This document shows positions 1 through 14,900 of a stretch of 64,000 bases of DNA, in pieces. The stretch is from Anthoceros angustus (Eukaryota > Plantae > Anthocerotophyta): the NCBI GenBank assembly GCA_010909165.1, contig VJWM01000044.1:1674001-1738000 (forward strand), given 5' to 3'. Each line of letters starts with the position of its first letter. Positions within the stretch are counted from its first letter, which is position 1. The notes beneath the pieces are model-generated. The model was not told where the DNA came from and searched no databases. It saw only the letters and a program-made list of their open reading frames with translations. The position numbers and the translations under genes were made by a program.

Positions 1-270
1 CAATCTCCGAAGATAATATTCACGCTTGTAGAATCCCGCCGATCCCGATTTCTCTCTAATCATGGCGTACACCGTACACAACACCATGTAGCGGTCCATA
101 CAGGGCCGTCACTACTGTATTTTGGTTCGGACTTCGTGGGTACAACCCAAATATGTGCATCGGCACCACAATGAGGTTGTGATATGAACCATGCTTAATT
201 CTGAACCATCTCCAAGGAGTATTAACTGAGTGCAGGCCGTTTCAAACAAACGAAAGCCACAGACAAATAT
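1..270 (-). mobile_element. Possible degenerate SWIM zinc-finger fragment (MULE-like remnant), cut by the window edge
   Basis: The minus frame reads ILLGDGSELSMVHITTSLWCRC...RPC, with in-frame stops. The CxC...C spacing resembles SWIM fingers but is degenerate. Confidence 0.3.
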
Positions 271-654
271 GGAGTGGAAGCCAAGAGCGGGGATCTGAAG
301 GCAGCGGGGAGCGGAAGGCAGGAGCGATCTGAAGCCATCGGGGAGCAGAATCCAGGAGCGGGGATTGGCTCGGGATGGGAGCGTGGGGACGGGAGCCGGT
401 GGGCATGGGCTGCGTCGGAGGGCTGGGTAGGGACGCGTGAGCTCTGGAGGGAGTACCACGGACGGGAGCGGCACCGCCTCTGAGCCCCACGCCTTTCCCC
501 CTTCCCCGCCTTCCGCCTCCCTTCCCACCCCCATCCCGAAAGGGCGCGCACGGGGGGTGCGGTGTGGTGGGTATGAGGAGGGCACGGGGACTAGGGCGAG
601 GCCAGGGCCGGGGGCGAGGCCCAGGCCCAGGCCCAGGCCTCGCTCCTGGCCGGG

Positions 655-828
655 CCTGAAGAAAGGGACGAGAATGGGAGGTTCCTGAAGAAAGGGACGA
701 GAATGGGAGGTTCCTGAAGAAAGGGACGAGAATGGGAGGTTCCTGAAGAAAGGGACGAGAATGGGAGGTTCCTGAAGAAAGGGACGAGAATGGGAGGTTC
801 CTGAAGAAAGGGACGAGAATGGGAGGTT
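655..828 (+). repeat. 29-bp minisatellite, 6 copies (CCTGAAGAAAGGGACGAGAATGGGAGGTT)
   Basis: Exact head-to-tail copies start at 655, 684, 713, 742, 771 and 800. Confidence 0.95.
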
Positions 829-1989
829 CCTGAATCAGAGGGGAGGAGGTTCCTGAATGAGAGGGGGAGGAGAAGGAGACGTGGGGTCATTCACTTGGGA
901 GCATTTCGCTGGCCTCGCCTTGGCAAAGCTCCTCGACTTCCGAGGGGCATTCGGATGGAAAAATTTATGCACGCCGATCGTTGCAATGTCCATGTAAGGC
1001 TGTGGCAAGCCTGCTTACGCCATTCATGCATAGGGTCTATTGTTCTAACACTATGTACCCATCCATGTCTGGAAGCTGCTACTATGCCAATTCCCGATTG
1101 CCCTGTTTTGGTCCTTGTTGTTTGGAAGACTATTCATACAGTGGACAGGAAACTTATTGTGTCGCCTTTTCCTTGTAAGTCGAGATGAACTTGTTGTGTC
1201 ACCGTTTCCTTGCAAGTCGAGATGCATTCTGTCCAACTATGTAGCTAACATTTTTTTCATCCCTCCTTATACGGTTCAAGTGTAAAGCAAAACATAGGCT
1301 TCAACCCCGTTACAAAACCAAGGCTTCAGTGAGGCCACCAGCTCTTAGCCCTTGATTACAAACGTATAAGAGGTTGCACTAAGTACATACAAGCCTTGAG
1401 AGGCTTCACCAAGTACATACAACCCTTCAAACGTGATGACAAAACAAAGGCATCACAAAGTAAAAACTAAAGCATGCACCACAGGTTCCTAAGCACCTAT
1501 TTCATAACTAACTAAAGCACATAACCAAGTATTCACCTTATCTAAAGCTGTCATGATACTTTTTTCTTCTTCGGCCTTGAACGTTCGTCAATGCCCTTGA
1601 AACGCACCAATCGGTTGGTCATCCAGAACAAACTCCTCTAATACCGGTGTACTGCTTCTGGCCTCGTCCACCTAAGCTATAACCTCCCTAATACAATATT
1701 GTGCTTGTTCCATTATTGCGCAGACCTCAAACAAAACAGACTTGGCTTCCACAATGATTGGAATACCCATGCAAATTGCATCCAAGTCTCAATGTCGTTT
1801 CAGCTTCGACTCCTCCAAGCTACCTGGGTTGTTGGGAAGAGGTGTGACAGCAGCATTGGTGCAACGTTGTATCCTGAATATGAATATCGGGTGACATCTC
1901 GTTCTCCATAGCAAGATTCAGGTCAGGAAATGTACTTTTTTCTCCCTATGCCGGAACAGAAGATCCATTAGTACACCAAGCAAGGCGCA

Positions 1990-3110
1990 ATAATAGGGAA
2001 ATATGTTCAAATATATCAAACACTTTTTGCACCTTCACAACATATTTGCAAATAAATCCTTTTTGCCCCATCCCGCAAGTAAGAATGTCCATGGAGAGTG
2101 TGCAGCCTCAGTGACGTATACCTTTTCACTATCCTCCGAGGACATGCAATATGCAACAGTAGACCCAACTACAGACTGGAATATGACAGCCTCGTTTGGG
2201 ACGGTGCTCGTTGCAGACACAACATGCTCATATACCTTCTCGAGATTTGAATTCGGCTCGAACCCCCAGTCTTGGTGAAATCAAGGTACCAAAAATTTCG
2301 TGCAACCTCGTTCACAAGTTGATGCAAAAGCCAATCCATATGCCTTTCTGGCAATGCAGCCTTGGTGAAAGATATTCTTTCCTTCAAGAACTTATGATAG
2401 GTCTCCAAAGCAGACGTAATGTCTTGTCCAGCATGGAGAAACATCCTGCAGTTCTTCAACCACATATCTACCATAAAGAAATGCGAAACAACACACAGCA
2501 GACACCATATCAATATCCATTCAAACAACCCTTTCTGCACAAGGAAACTAGTGCACTTTGGGAAGAGAATAATACCTGTAGAGTCTTGCAATATTAAACA
2601 AAGGCTAGATAACTTCTGTGCCACTCCTTGTAGAAGAACTCTAACAATACCTTACCCCATGCGAGAGTATTATCTTGTGTATTGTGGCCTCTGATATACA
2701 TGATCTCTGCAAGAATTGCCCAAATCTTCTTCCTTGCAATAATACACTTTACCTTCTTTAATAGGTTTCGCTACCATGCCTTCCTTACATGCTGTAGGTG
2801 AAAGACAACATGTATCTTGCCCCCCCGCCTATACCTGTTTAAAGGCACCTATCTCTACTTAACAATTATCAACTAGGAAGCAAATAGGGACCATGTTTTG
2901 TAAGAGCTATATGTCGGATCGGCATCAACCATGACACCAAAGAAAGTATAGTTGCTTCCTGTGTTAGTGCCCAAGCAACTGGAATACCGTTAAGGTGTTG
3001 ATCAAAACCTTGCTTGGAAATCCTCCGATTCATATCAACATCAATACCTACATAATTCAAGCATAATATATCAACATTTACAATTACAAACAAGGCATAC
3101 AGTCACATTG
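1990..3110 (-). mobile_element. Degenerate MULE/Mutator-like transposase with C-terminal SWIM remnant
   Basis: Minus-strand fragments include NGIPVAWALTQEATILSLVSWL (MULE transposase domain pattern) and YHKFLKERISFTK...DWLLHQL. A SWIM-like AGWGKK...LCK segment lies near 2030-2090. There are multiple stops and frameshifts. Confidence 0.7.
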
Positions 3111-3599
3111 CTGCAAAGAACAAAAGCAAATAGATGACACAGACTTTCCACAAGGTGACACGAGACATCTATTATTGACGGGACATAGGCTTGTTCTCAT
3201 AAAATATGGTGGACCCAGAACCAATGCGAAACTGATGTACAGGTGACTTGAAATACAGTGGCACAGGCTCCCATAACATGGAACTAGAAGCAGGTGAGAA
3301 AAGCACGGGCTTCAAAAACTAGTGACAATAGAGTAACAGCTGATACGAAACTCGAGTGAAAACTACAGGCTCCTAAATTCCCAAGCAGATTATGCTAGAT
3401 TTGGCGAAACAAAGCATGTCGGGTTTAGTCTAACAGGGCATGCCAGATTTGGCTTGACGACTTGCTTGACACATAAACTTACGACAGCAAATAACAAGGT
3501 TCGGCTTCAACCTAAGGCAAACAAAACCGAACATGGACAGAGGCCAGCAAGCCAGGAAACCGATATGGTCAGGGAAACCAGCGAAGAGAACTTGGAAGT

Positions 3600-6215
3600 T
3601 GCAAAAGGTACCTGATATATGTGATTGCAGTGTTCAAAGACGATACAATTGGTGGTGGCAGTGAGTTTCAAGTCTTTGAATCCTTCTTATAGAAACTTGC
3701 AACACATTTGAAGCCTTCACCAGAGAAGAAATCTTCTACTAGCTACTCCACGGAATGTAGGCAATCTTCACATCCTTCAGAACCTGCCATCTTAGATTGC
3801 TCGGAGGAGGCTAAATGAACTGAGGGATGAGGGCGCAAGGTTCACCAGCTTTGATAGCAACAAGATACATTCTCGGACTTCGCGGCAAATTAGAATGGTC
3901 AGAGCGTGGGAAGTCCGGTGAGAGAAGGACGAAGGGAAGTCCAAACTCCGAGGGCATGTGAAGCTAGGTTACCAGACCTAGCTGGAGGTGGAACCACCGG
4001 AGTGGGAAGGCTAGCTCCGGCAATAGGAGGACGCAAGGGTGGTACTCGACCACCCTTCGTCGGAGCCGGAGGATGGAGGACCCTCTGGCAGACGGGGTGA
4101 AAATCGAGAGGTACCTGGTACGCCCACTGCGACCACCCTGCGACGTAGAGGTGGCATTTGGCAGTTCTGGTCAAGGGAGCACCGCGACACTGGCAGCTGG
4201 TGTTTGGCAGACCCTCGAGGGGCCCTACGGGTTGCCTCGTCTACTAGGAAGTCCTCTAGGCGCCGTGGACGAAGCTTGGACACGGGAGGTGGGCATCCTT
4301 GGCATGGGGGGGTTAGATTGGAAGACGTTGGCATCCTCATCGTCGTCGTTAATCCATTCCCCCAGTATATCGTCCCCGACATCGTGCATTTCATTCAGAC
4401 GGCGACGTCACTCGGGCCTCTCGTCGGTGGCCATGCCTTCCATGCGTTGTCTGAATGAGTTGCACGATTCACGGAATGCCGATCATTCCATCATGCTGGG
4501 CCCGGGATGCAAAAAAACTGATAGGCACCACACTCGGAGCCGGGGCTGACGGAGCTCAACATGCATTGCTCCTGCACCGGGCTAGACGAGGAACAATGAG
4601 AATGTTGTAAGGGCATATATAGCAAGCATTGGCCGCTATGCCACGCAATCGCATCGTCATAGAACCGGGGATGCCTGCAAGATCGTAGCAAAACCCTAGG
4701 CCCAGGATAATTGTTTAGTCCTTGGCCTTGGACAGAAAAAAGGCGATCTTGAAAAAATTGGACATTTCCCTGGCCAATAGCTTTTCCCGGAAATCTGGTG
4801 CTATTGTTAGTTGACGCTGAAGAGGATACGGTAGTAACCTCAGCTGTTAGCATAGGTCACAGGGCAAGACCTAACTTTGGTCAGGTTGGTGTCCAGACTC
4901 CTGCCGGAAAGTAGGGGTTAAGAATAATCAGGTTTGGCGCCACTTCGGTATTGGGTTGGGGCATTGCTAGGAAGGGGGGTCAGTCGTGGTCAGCACCCTA
5001 GTTGTCACAGGCGCAGGTAGATACGGAGTGAGGGTTCTGGTATCTCCTCCCGTGCGCTTAGGTAGCTCGCAATAGGTAGTGACAGGGCCAGCTAATGAGT
5101 GTAATAAAGGCGTTACCCCTAGAGTTGTATAAGAGGAAAGTTGCCGCCCTTGTAATGTGTGATTTTTTTTTTTTTGGGTCTGATTCCGTATTTACACCGA
5201 ACTCCGCTTGGCAGAGCGTGAATGCGTTGCCCGAGTCACTGAGCGGGCGGATTGCCCAGAGAGGAACATCCTGACTCTAGTGACGAACCCCAACATGCAG
5301 TGGTGAATGCAGGTGCTGAAGAGCTCCGCCCCCTGTCCCTCGCGAGTAGAACAGAGGGGTTAAGTGTGCTCGAGCGGCTGTTAGCACCTAGAGTGGTAGA
5401 GTCGGCCAAACTCTCCTTATGCCAGAAGAAGTACTTGGGGGACAGCCCAACCCGATTAACGAACCAGACCAGTTTACGGGTCACCTTCTGCAATACTAAT
5501 CACCTAAGGTTCCGGCCCTGGGCCGGCTCGATACTCCATCCTAGACTTCTTCCGCGCACGCCCCTTCCTCTCATACTCTACCATATCCTATAACAGTCTC
5601 TACCGGCTAAGGTCTGGCGCTACTAGACGTTCAAGGACTCGTCCACGTCCTTCGGCTAGCAGCTGCTAGCCCCTCTGTGCTCACTCCTCTCAACGATCGT
5701 CACCCTCCGCTCGATTCCTCTCTTCCGCGGTCTATTCAGGGCATGGCTTCATATTCCAGGTGTCACGAGGCTGTTGTCGTACCTCCGCGGTCACGTATGC
5801 GCAAGCAAGGCGAGTTCGGGCACCTCCCTTTTGCAGGTCTTGTCCACTGGCATTGAATGATGAAAGGCCAAGGCGATTGTGCGCCCACCCAAGGGGTCGT
5901 CGTGAATACCGCTCCGTTGGCTGGGGTCCGGTGAATTCTCTGGCACCGAAGGCTTGAGTGCGGAGAACGCATGGGCCGTACGACGGATCTAAGAAGTGGC
6001 TCAGGAACGGTGTTGTCTGACAGACTTCATCGTCGCCTTGGGGGCTCCTCGGAGGCTGCTTAGTTCGAAGTCCGACTGGGTAGCTTGGGTCCTTCGGCCC
6101 TAGTGTCCAGAGTAATTCCGTTACTGTCTGACGGAGTTCCGCCCAAAGTAGTTAGGAATTATAGGCTAATGGTGTAGGCACGAAACATTCCCTTGGGACC
6201 GAACCACTTACTACA
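3600..6215 (-). mobile_element. Possible LTR-retrotransposon remnant (LTR-like segment, PBS-like site, decayed ORF)
   Basis: On the minus strand, TGTAGTAAG starts at 6215, a PBS-like TGGCGCCAAACC lies at 4942-4931, and an ATG at 4853 opens broken ORFs. No second LTR or pol motifs were seen. Confidence 0.35.
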
Positions 6216-8161
6216 CGATATGGGACATAGTGTGCGCCCGGCTGGTCCGCCAGTGAAAATACGTCTACACCTACCTAGTATGCTTTGGAGACGAATGTTA
6301 CCCAGAACCTGGCAAAACTATCGCTATTCGAAAATTCAACAAGTTCTTGACAAGGTACATATTTCTTTTGGAGGACAAATATCAAAGGTTATTGGTTCAT
6401 ATGGATAAAAAGGATGCTATGATTAAGGAGTTGTAAATGTCTCTTGCCTTGGGTATTGATATTATTCAGTCCTTTCCGGTCAAGCATGATCCTTTGTTTA
6501 AGAAGGTTACTGCTTTGGAAGGTGTGGTCCTTGGACTCTAATTTTGTCCGGTCAACAATTTTGGGCAAGTCACGACGTTATGCAAAGGTTTTTGGAAGTG
6601 TGATAGGCATTCGCGTAGGCATTTAAATGATAAATTGATGGGGCATTCAAAAATGTGTGGATATGTGAATGATAAATTGCTGGCTTCGCCCCTCTGTCGA
6701 AAAACTCATAAAAAAGTTACAGAAACAAGGATTGAAAAATGATGCTTTCCCCGATTTAAGACTAAGTACCGGATTTGGAACAAGCTTTACCAACTTAGAG
6801 GAGAAACTTTTGGGTTACAAATGAATTTATGGACATTCGACTCCCCGTTTCCAAACAAGTTGTCCCCGTTTCCAAACAAGTTGTTTATGAGAATTTGGAT
6901 GGGCCCGTCGTGCTTTGAACTTACGAATTTTGGTGTTGGCTCAGATTATTGTGGACTTGGTTGATGCTGCAAAGGAGTTTGTGAGCCGGTTGCAGGTGGA
7001 TATGAACTTTCACTATCTCTATGTATACGCTTTTACACTATACCTTTTGTGTCACATCCTCGGATATGTGCCTTATCGGTCAGTGGACAAGCGATCACGC
7101 GAGGGAGTCCGGCGCGCCCATCCCTGGGACGACAAATGATGTGAATTACAATATAGATAATATATCAAAGTGTCTATGTGCGCCTGATCATAGTACTTTG
7201 ATATTGATAACGAATGGGATGCCCGAGCTTACGTCCTTGAATGTGCAGTGTAAAACATGGGAAAGCCCGCTAATTTGTAATTTGTCTCCGATGAAAGATT
7301 ATGCTTCAAATGCAAGTTAAAGACTTTGAGGAATGCCGTGTGAGATGCGTCCAGCAAAAGCCTGCAGGCCCTGTTGTGAAACGAAGGCGGACAAGCTATT
7401 GCCCTCTTTCTCATCTGAGGAGCTACACTACCTTTGTTTGTATGTTTGTATGTTCTGGCTCGAAACAGGCCGAGCACTCTGTCGGCAGTTGCAGCTTGGC
7501 TGATGCTTTTTAGTCGGACACCCGGGAAAAATCATCTTCTGGCAATTGGTACTCCAAGGAGCGCACTTGTCTTCCAGCTGCTTTCCAATTCATCACTGGC
7601 TTGTACTTCAGTTTCTTGGAGTGACTCGTGGGCTCTTACTCTTCAGCCTTTCAGCTGAGCTTCCTTCCGACTGGGGGCTCGCTCGCTCTCCGTCAATGCT
7701 CTCACTTTCCCTGGCTTTGGCGTCCCCCTTCTTCCAGCACCTTGTCCCCTATAAGCATGTGAAACGGGAAAAGACCAGTGTGGGAAGACTGGGCCGTGCT
7801 CTGCGAACTCTGCTCTCATTGGTGCAAGAGTTTCTGACTGCTGTAAGAGGAACTACTTGGAATTTCAGAAATCAGAGCGGCAGCGCTCCAGTTCTGCTGT
7901 CCGCGGCAGCGGAAAGCTGAATTGATTGCATTGCATTCCGTGCTCCTCAGGTTTCCCAATTTTCTTTTGGAATTCAGGCGTTTGAGTAGCCTGGCAATGG
8001 CAGTGAAGTCGATCCAGGGGGGCCAAGGTCGGATGGGCTATAAGATCTCGCTGAGTTCGGGGAGAGAAATTTAGACTGGAGAAGGGAGCGGCGCGGCCTG
8101 GACGAAAGCATCAGCGAGTAACCTGGAATTGTTGCACAAATTTACATCCTGCCAGTGCCCA

Positions 8162-10354
8162 ATGGCTCGCCAGAGGATTGCAGGTACAGGGCACAGGACT
8201 GTACAGGTGTCTCGTCCTCTAATGCAAAGTGCACGGAAAGCCCTTTGCAGAGACATGTTACAGCATCAGTCATTTTCTCCGATGCACAGGAATGAGATCC
8301 AAGAGCACGGCGAGAAAAGACGCGGCCTGGCTTCTGCTGGGAGGTCCTATGCTTCTTCTTAGCGCGGTCATCATCTTGAAGTACTCCTTACGTGACAATA
8401 AGGACATTCGAGGACCGGTACATTGCTTTCTACTCTCCAGATATAAGTGGACACTTGTGGTTCGCAAATGCTAGCTGAAAGGTTAACGTTCTCTCCGGCA
8501 AACTGCGACGGGCCCGTTTGCAGGATCTCGAAGGAATGCACCATGTGCTGGTAACTGGTGGGGCTGGGTATATAGGATCACACGCTGCTCTACGTTTACT
8601 GGAGGATGGTCATCGTGTCACGATTGTGGTATGTTCTTGGATCGAGGGATTCTGAAAGTCTGTTCTCTTTTGAGATACTGCTGATGATGTGGTAGCTAGG
8701 GCGCATGCTGCAGTAGATTGTTGCTGGAACTGAATCTGCCATGTTGGCGCTGCAGGATAATCTATCTCGTGGAAATCTAGGGGCAGTGCATATCCTGCAA
8801 AGTCTTTTTCCAGAGCCAGGGAGATTGCAGTTTGTAGATGCAGATCTTGGCGACAGAAGAGCTGTATCCTTGCCGTGCATACTGGAACGCTTGTACAGGA
8901 GTTTCCTGAAACTTGGGCAATTCTGTTTCATTTCTCACATGAGGTTCGAGATAGGTTCAGACCCTGTGCTTGGTTGCCTCAACACTGTTGAAACAGGTGA
9001 ATTCTGTCTTCGAGGAGAACAAGTTCGATGTGGTGTTACACTTTGCTGCAGTTGCTTATGTGGGAGAGAGTGTGGCTGACCCCCTCCGGTACGGTTTCTA
9101 ATTCTTCAGCACAAGTCCAGGTCCTCGCCTTGCAAGAGGCAGTGCAGATTGAGAACAGGGTCCAGCACAGTGATGTCTGTATTCAAATGACTCTAGCAGG
9201 TATTACCACAACATCACAGTCAACACTGTGTTGTTGCTAGAAGCAATGAACGCCACGAATGTTACCAATCTTATTTATTCCAGTACCTGCGCAACCTACG
9301 GGGAACCCAACGAAATGCCTATAACAGAGGAGACCCCTCAGGTCAGCTCTTCACATCGGGCGATGTGCTTCACTTTTTGAAGATGCTGACATCTGATGTG
9401 AGCTGCTGCTGATCACAATTTTGCAGGTCCCCATCAACCCGTATGGAAAGGCAAAGAAAATGGCAGAAGACATCATCAAAGACTATGCTCAGAACGGCAA
9501 GCTTGCAGTAACCATACTGAGGTGTGTGCAGATAGTGTGCAATCTACTGGTATACATTTCAATATTTGATACTGCAGTCTCGTACAGCTTTGAGCATGCC
9601 CTCTTCATCTGTTCCGTTCGTATGTGCAGATATTTCAATGTCATCGGCTCAGACCCAAACGGCAGGCTCGGAGAAGCACCAAGAACTGAGCTTCGTAGCC
9701 ATGGTCGTATCTCTGGGGCTTGCTTTGATGCTGCCTTGGGTCTCATTCCAGGGCTGACAGTAGGTTTCCAGATCACTTCTGATCCAGCATTGCCATCGAC
9801 TGTTATTTTATGCATCTCATTCAATACTAGGTGTACCCTGCAGTTGAAAGGAACCAATTATGAAACCGAGGACGGTACATGTGTGCGCGATTACATACAC
9901 GTGACGGATTTGGTTGATGCCCATGTGAAAGCCATGTCGAAGTTGGCCAGGAAGGAAGTTCAGGTTTACAATGTAGGCATAGGAAAAGGTATAAGTAGAA
10001 TTTATCATAATCTTACTTTCACAAATTGGCTTTTGTGCTTATGCCAGATACCGATCAGGTCTGATCACTGGAACACCCCTGTCTCTCTTTTCAATTGCAG
10101 GAAGCTCTGTGCGAGAGTTTATAGAAGCTTGTGAGGGTGTCACCGGTCAAAATATCACCGTCTTCCATGAAGAAAGACGAGCAGGGGACTACGCTAACGT
10201 GTATAGTGACCCCTCAAAAATCAGAGCTGACCTGGGTTGGACTGCAAGGTATACCGACCTGCAGGAGGGTTTGCGAACTGCATGGAACTGGAAAAGGACT
10301 CATCCCCATGGATACGAGTCAAGCCAATCCCTCAGCCAAGTTGTGTTGGTTTAG
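8162..10354 (+). CDS. MUR4: UDP-D-xylose/UDP-L-arabinose 4-epimerase (multi-exon)
   Basis: Spliced by eye with GT-AG introns: 8162-8183, 8290-8417, 8524-8628, 8756 onward, and further exons to the stop at 10354. It has an N-terminal TM segment, [37 protein letters not shown] (YxxxK), [10 protein letters not shown] and [18 protein letters not shown]. Confidence 0.95.
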
Positions 10355-11940
10355 ACACAGTGCATGAGTCCTCCAGAATGTTCCTGGCCAAGGGTGTGTC
10401 AGCTTGTACATACCTCGATGCCATCCACTAATAACAACAGTCGAAAGTGAAAAAGCGAACAGTTGCTTATCCTGTGATACTGCTACACGTGATCTGGACT
10501 GTCCTATGACACAAGGCAGAAGACATAACCATTAAGTGAAAGTGAAGTGCTATCTGATGGTCGCAAATCGCTGTTTCCTTGGCAGTTTTTTCCGTCTACA
10601 ATGACAGCCCGTCACAGCCAGAGAGTTGTACGTTTTTGCATCTGCAAGTATTCGATGAGTCTGAAGTGCTCCTCCGGCCCTGGCACCTGCTTCCCACACT
10701 GACTATATATGTACATAATCTGTTCGAGAGGCAGGCAGCATGGTTAGAGGTATGTTCGTACGGGATACAGTCTGATGAAGCATATGGACATACATATGTG
10801 TGTAGTTGAGTGACGGCTAACTGCAGCACAGGCGGGTGTGCACTCGCTCATCGATGGCCTAGCAACGTTACTCTTCCACTCGATCGTCAGTCATCAGCAG
10901 GTAGCAGCCGTGAGAGAGAACCACATCTCCGTGCATGAATGATCGTAAATACAGTAGACTAATTCTAGGTCAGGGCACGGGGTTTCTGGGTTTCTGGTAG
11001 GTGTCTGCTGTCACCACCATGGTTTGAGCTCGAGCAAGCCAGCGGCCAATGAAGCGCCAGGTCGCAAGGTGTGGCACGTGCATGCCTCCCTCATCATACG
11101 AAGCAGAGGTAGGCAGGCTGAGAGCAAGCGAATTTTTGGTTTTCTCGTTGTGAAACATCCATCTCGGGAAGCGAGGGCGCACGAATCGCCGACTGGGAAA
11201 CCGGGCGCTGCCGGTGACCAGAATCGAATGTGGAAGACGACCTAAAGCCGCTTCGCCGGGAAGCGCGCCCCTCGCAGGGAGGATTGCATGCGCAGCCACC
11301 ATGGCTGCTGCGGCCGCTGCTGCTGTCGCCTCTGCTACTGCAACCGCAAACGCAACCCCAGTCACACCAAGATGATGCTCCATGGTTGCGTGGGCTTGAC
11401 TCCAAGCTGTTTTTGTCTGCCCTGCTCTGCTTACTCCGCTCCTCCTCCTCTCTGCTGCAGCCTGAAACGGGTAGGAGTAGGAGGCAGTCTTTTTCCTTTT
11501 CCGGCGTCCTCAGCTCTCGTTTGAGCTGCCAATTCTTTCTGCCCCTGTTGTGTTTCTATATGGGGCTCATGTAAAGGTATATTAGGCTTTTCTGGCTCAT
11601 GCCCGGAGTGGCTTCAGTCGTTTCCTGCCACCTTGTCGGAGAGTGTGTTGCCTCAGCAAGTGCCGGGTGATCTCCTGCTGGCTGACCTGGTCTGGGATGA
11701 TGCATATCTATGAGGCCTTGTGTAATTCGTGTGCTCCTGAAGTCTGGTGTATGCTAAGAGTGTAATTGCGAGTGTAGGGAGCTGTGTGCGTGTTAGGGTA
11801 AGGTTATGTGGTGATTGAGTAGGTCCCTTTGGTAATTGGTTGGCGCACGAGTTTTGCTTGCAGGGGACTGTTCCTGCCTAGGCTGCCTATTTATTCCGAG
11901 TGGTGAATCTTAAAGAGGTCCGTTCCGGGGGCAGTCGGGA

Positions 11941-14900
11941 ATGATGATCCGCGGAGGGCGAGGGGCCGGTTACCGCTCACCTCTGACGAGAGGTATGCAT
12001 TTGACGAGGTGCGGATCCCCTTTTTGCAAGCCTGATTTGCCTGCTCTCACCGTTGCACAATTGGACTCTCCAGGTTCGCGAGGAGTGGATGGACCGTACG
12101 ACAGGGATGCTGGTCGAGCAAGAGAGGATCCGCCCGACTCCCAGTGGCGAAATGAAGCTCAGAGGCTCGCGGCAGCGTACTTAGCGGGAGTTGCCACTGC
12201 CGATCACCTGGGTGCTCAGGAAGTCGACTCGAGAGGCGATGGTATCGATGCTATAGGCGGAGGTGTGAGGGGATCGGACAATTTTCACGCATACAGAGGG
12301 CCTGAGCGTGACAAACCCAAGCCCTATCTGGATAGGGATGTGATTGCAGAGGACTCTCGTGGGTTTGAGGGCCTGTCCAGAAGAACGGGTGGAGATGATG
12401 GGCGGAAGGCTAGTTTCATGCGCTATGACGAGCCTGAGTATGTTTATGGCGACTTCAAGCTCAGCAGCGGCCAGCCTTTTGCAAAGGCTCCGTATGACGA
12501 GTATGGGAGAGAGCCGAGATTTAGAGATGAAGCTAAAGAGTTTGACGTTTTCACAGGTGTCAGTAGGCATGAGAGGGAACTGGACTCTTATAGCAAAGAC
12601 GGGTATGATCCTCTGAGAGCTTCTAGAAGAGCTAGGCGGAGGGAGGGCATGGATTACGAGGGTGGAAGGAGGTACCCTGAGGATGAGAAGGGTGAGGACG
12701 TCTACTCAGTCAGAGGTGACACTGTTTTGGGGAAGAGGAAAGGCAAGCCCTATGAGGGTGGCAGCGCCAAGGATTATTACTCGGACAAGAAGCCAGTCTA
12801 TCTCACAACGATGGAAGCTGAACAACTTCGACGGTCGAAAGGTGACGTTGGCTTGAACCTCGAGGAATATGATTATAAGGAGTTTGGAAGAGCGAAGAGC
12901 GACATGCTGGGAAGCCAGGAAATGGGTGGTGGGTTGGCGGAACATGTCAGCAGGGGTCTTGTAGACCCAGCATCACGGAGAGAGCGATTATTGAAGTCTG
13001 AGACCTATGAGCGCAGGGCTGCCCTTGGTGAAACCATCAGTGATCGGGACTCAGATCGAAACTTCTCCTCTTCACGTGGAAGAAGAGGGAGGAGACCACC
13101 GCCAAGAGGGTCTTTCAGTGGGGACTATCATGATGGTAGCGATTCCCGCCATGGAGGTTCACCTAGGTCTCATACCCGAGGACCATCATATGTGGAAGAG
13201 AGGTTGGGCGGTAAGGGTGATTATCGGTATACACCCGGACTATTTGTTCGTGATCCTGCCAATGGTCACCGTTACAAGTCCCATGAGTCTGCCATGGATA
13301 AGAGTTATGAGGTCGCCATGGAGCACGATAGGATACACTCTCCCGTTGGTTATGAGCTGGGGAATGGTGGCTCATGGAGGGGTCGCAGTGGTGATGGTGG
13401 TGGCAGGGGCCACGATATGATGGAAGTGGGTGGACGGGATAAACTTGCATTTCTGCACCACCCTGATAATGCCTCGTTTCTCCCTTCAAGGCACCATGGT
13501 GGTCCTCGATCTAGCTTTTCAAAGCATAGGCCTGACTATCATGAGAGAGACAGTTGGGCACCAACCTTTAGGGGAAGTAGGCGGGGCCGGAGAGGATGCC
13601 GGAACTGGGGTGTTTCTCAGGCTGACGAGCTTTTCCGCATGCATAATATGAAGGCAAGAAAGTATGCTGGTGAGGACTCTGCAGACCCTCGGTATAGGAG
13701 TTGGAGTTACAAGAGACCTCATAGGAGTCCCTCGCGTTCAGGTGACCACAAAGCAAGCAGCAAAGACTCAGATTGGGAAGCAGATGCCGCAGATGGTGCT
13801 GTGGAGAAGCCAGATGGTGATGTTACCCCACTAAGGGATGCATCACCCGGAGCAAATGGGACGGTAGAACCTTCAGGTCTTGAAGACAGATCATTGGGTG
13901 CTGCCATGGACTCGTCAGTTGTTACTGGAACTACTTCCTTTCTTCCTCAATCGATCTCAGCCCTTCATGAATCAACTTCTACTGTCCCTGGGCCAAACTC
14001 CGTCGTTTCTGATTCTAACCCCGCTGTTCCTGATATTAATTCTACTGTTCTTGAGGCAGATGGTGCTGTTCGTGAGACAATTCCTGCCGTTCCTCAATCA
14101 AATCCATCTGTGTCTGGGGTGAGTCCTGCTGTTCCTGAAACGAAATCTACTGTGTCAAATTCGACTGTTCCTGAGCCAACAGTAGTTGTTAGTGAGTCAT
14201 TTCTACCTGTTCCTCTATACACTTCCGTCCTTGAATCAAATCCTGTGGTTCCTGAGACAATGTCTGCTGTCCACAAGGTGGATGCTACTATTCCGGAAAT
14301 CAATCCCTTCTCTGAGTTAAGTCCTACTGCTCCTGAACCAACAGCAGCTGTTGATGAGTCTTTTCTAGCCTTTTCTCAAGCAGATTCTGCTATCCTTCAA
14401 TCAACCTCCTCTGTGTCTGCATCCACCTCCCCTGCACCAGAGGTAGCATCAGCTGCTCCTGATTTAGTTCCATGTGCACTTGACTCAAGATCACCTATTT
14501 CTGAACCAAGCAACTCCCCGGCTGAATCGATTGCTGCTGCTACCCAATTAAACCCAATTCTTCCCTGTTTTGTTGTCGGAACCGCTGTGGGAGTCTTCCA
14601 TGTGGACCAGCCTGACCTACAGAGTGGAGCAGTGGCGTGTGGCACCAGTCGGATGGAGGTTGTCGGGGGTGAGGGTACTGTGATGAACACTGTGGAAGAA
14701 GCTAGCAGGCTGTCAGATGTGGTAGTGGCGTCAGCGGGCAAACCAGCAGATGAACTTCCTAGTAAAGGCCTACCAGATATCCAGATGGAGAGTTTGGATG
14801 CATCAAGTGAGAACACAGAAGCATTAAAACTTCAAGAGGATGCAGCATTTCAGCTGTACACAAAGTTGTTTAAGGAAAGCACAGATTGGCGGAAGATGTA

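Noticed and set aside
7301-7920. Short ORFs upstream of MUR4
   Set aside because: They have no conserved motifs, and the composition fits a promoter or 5' UTR.
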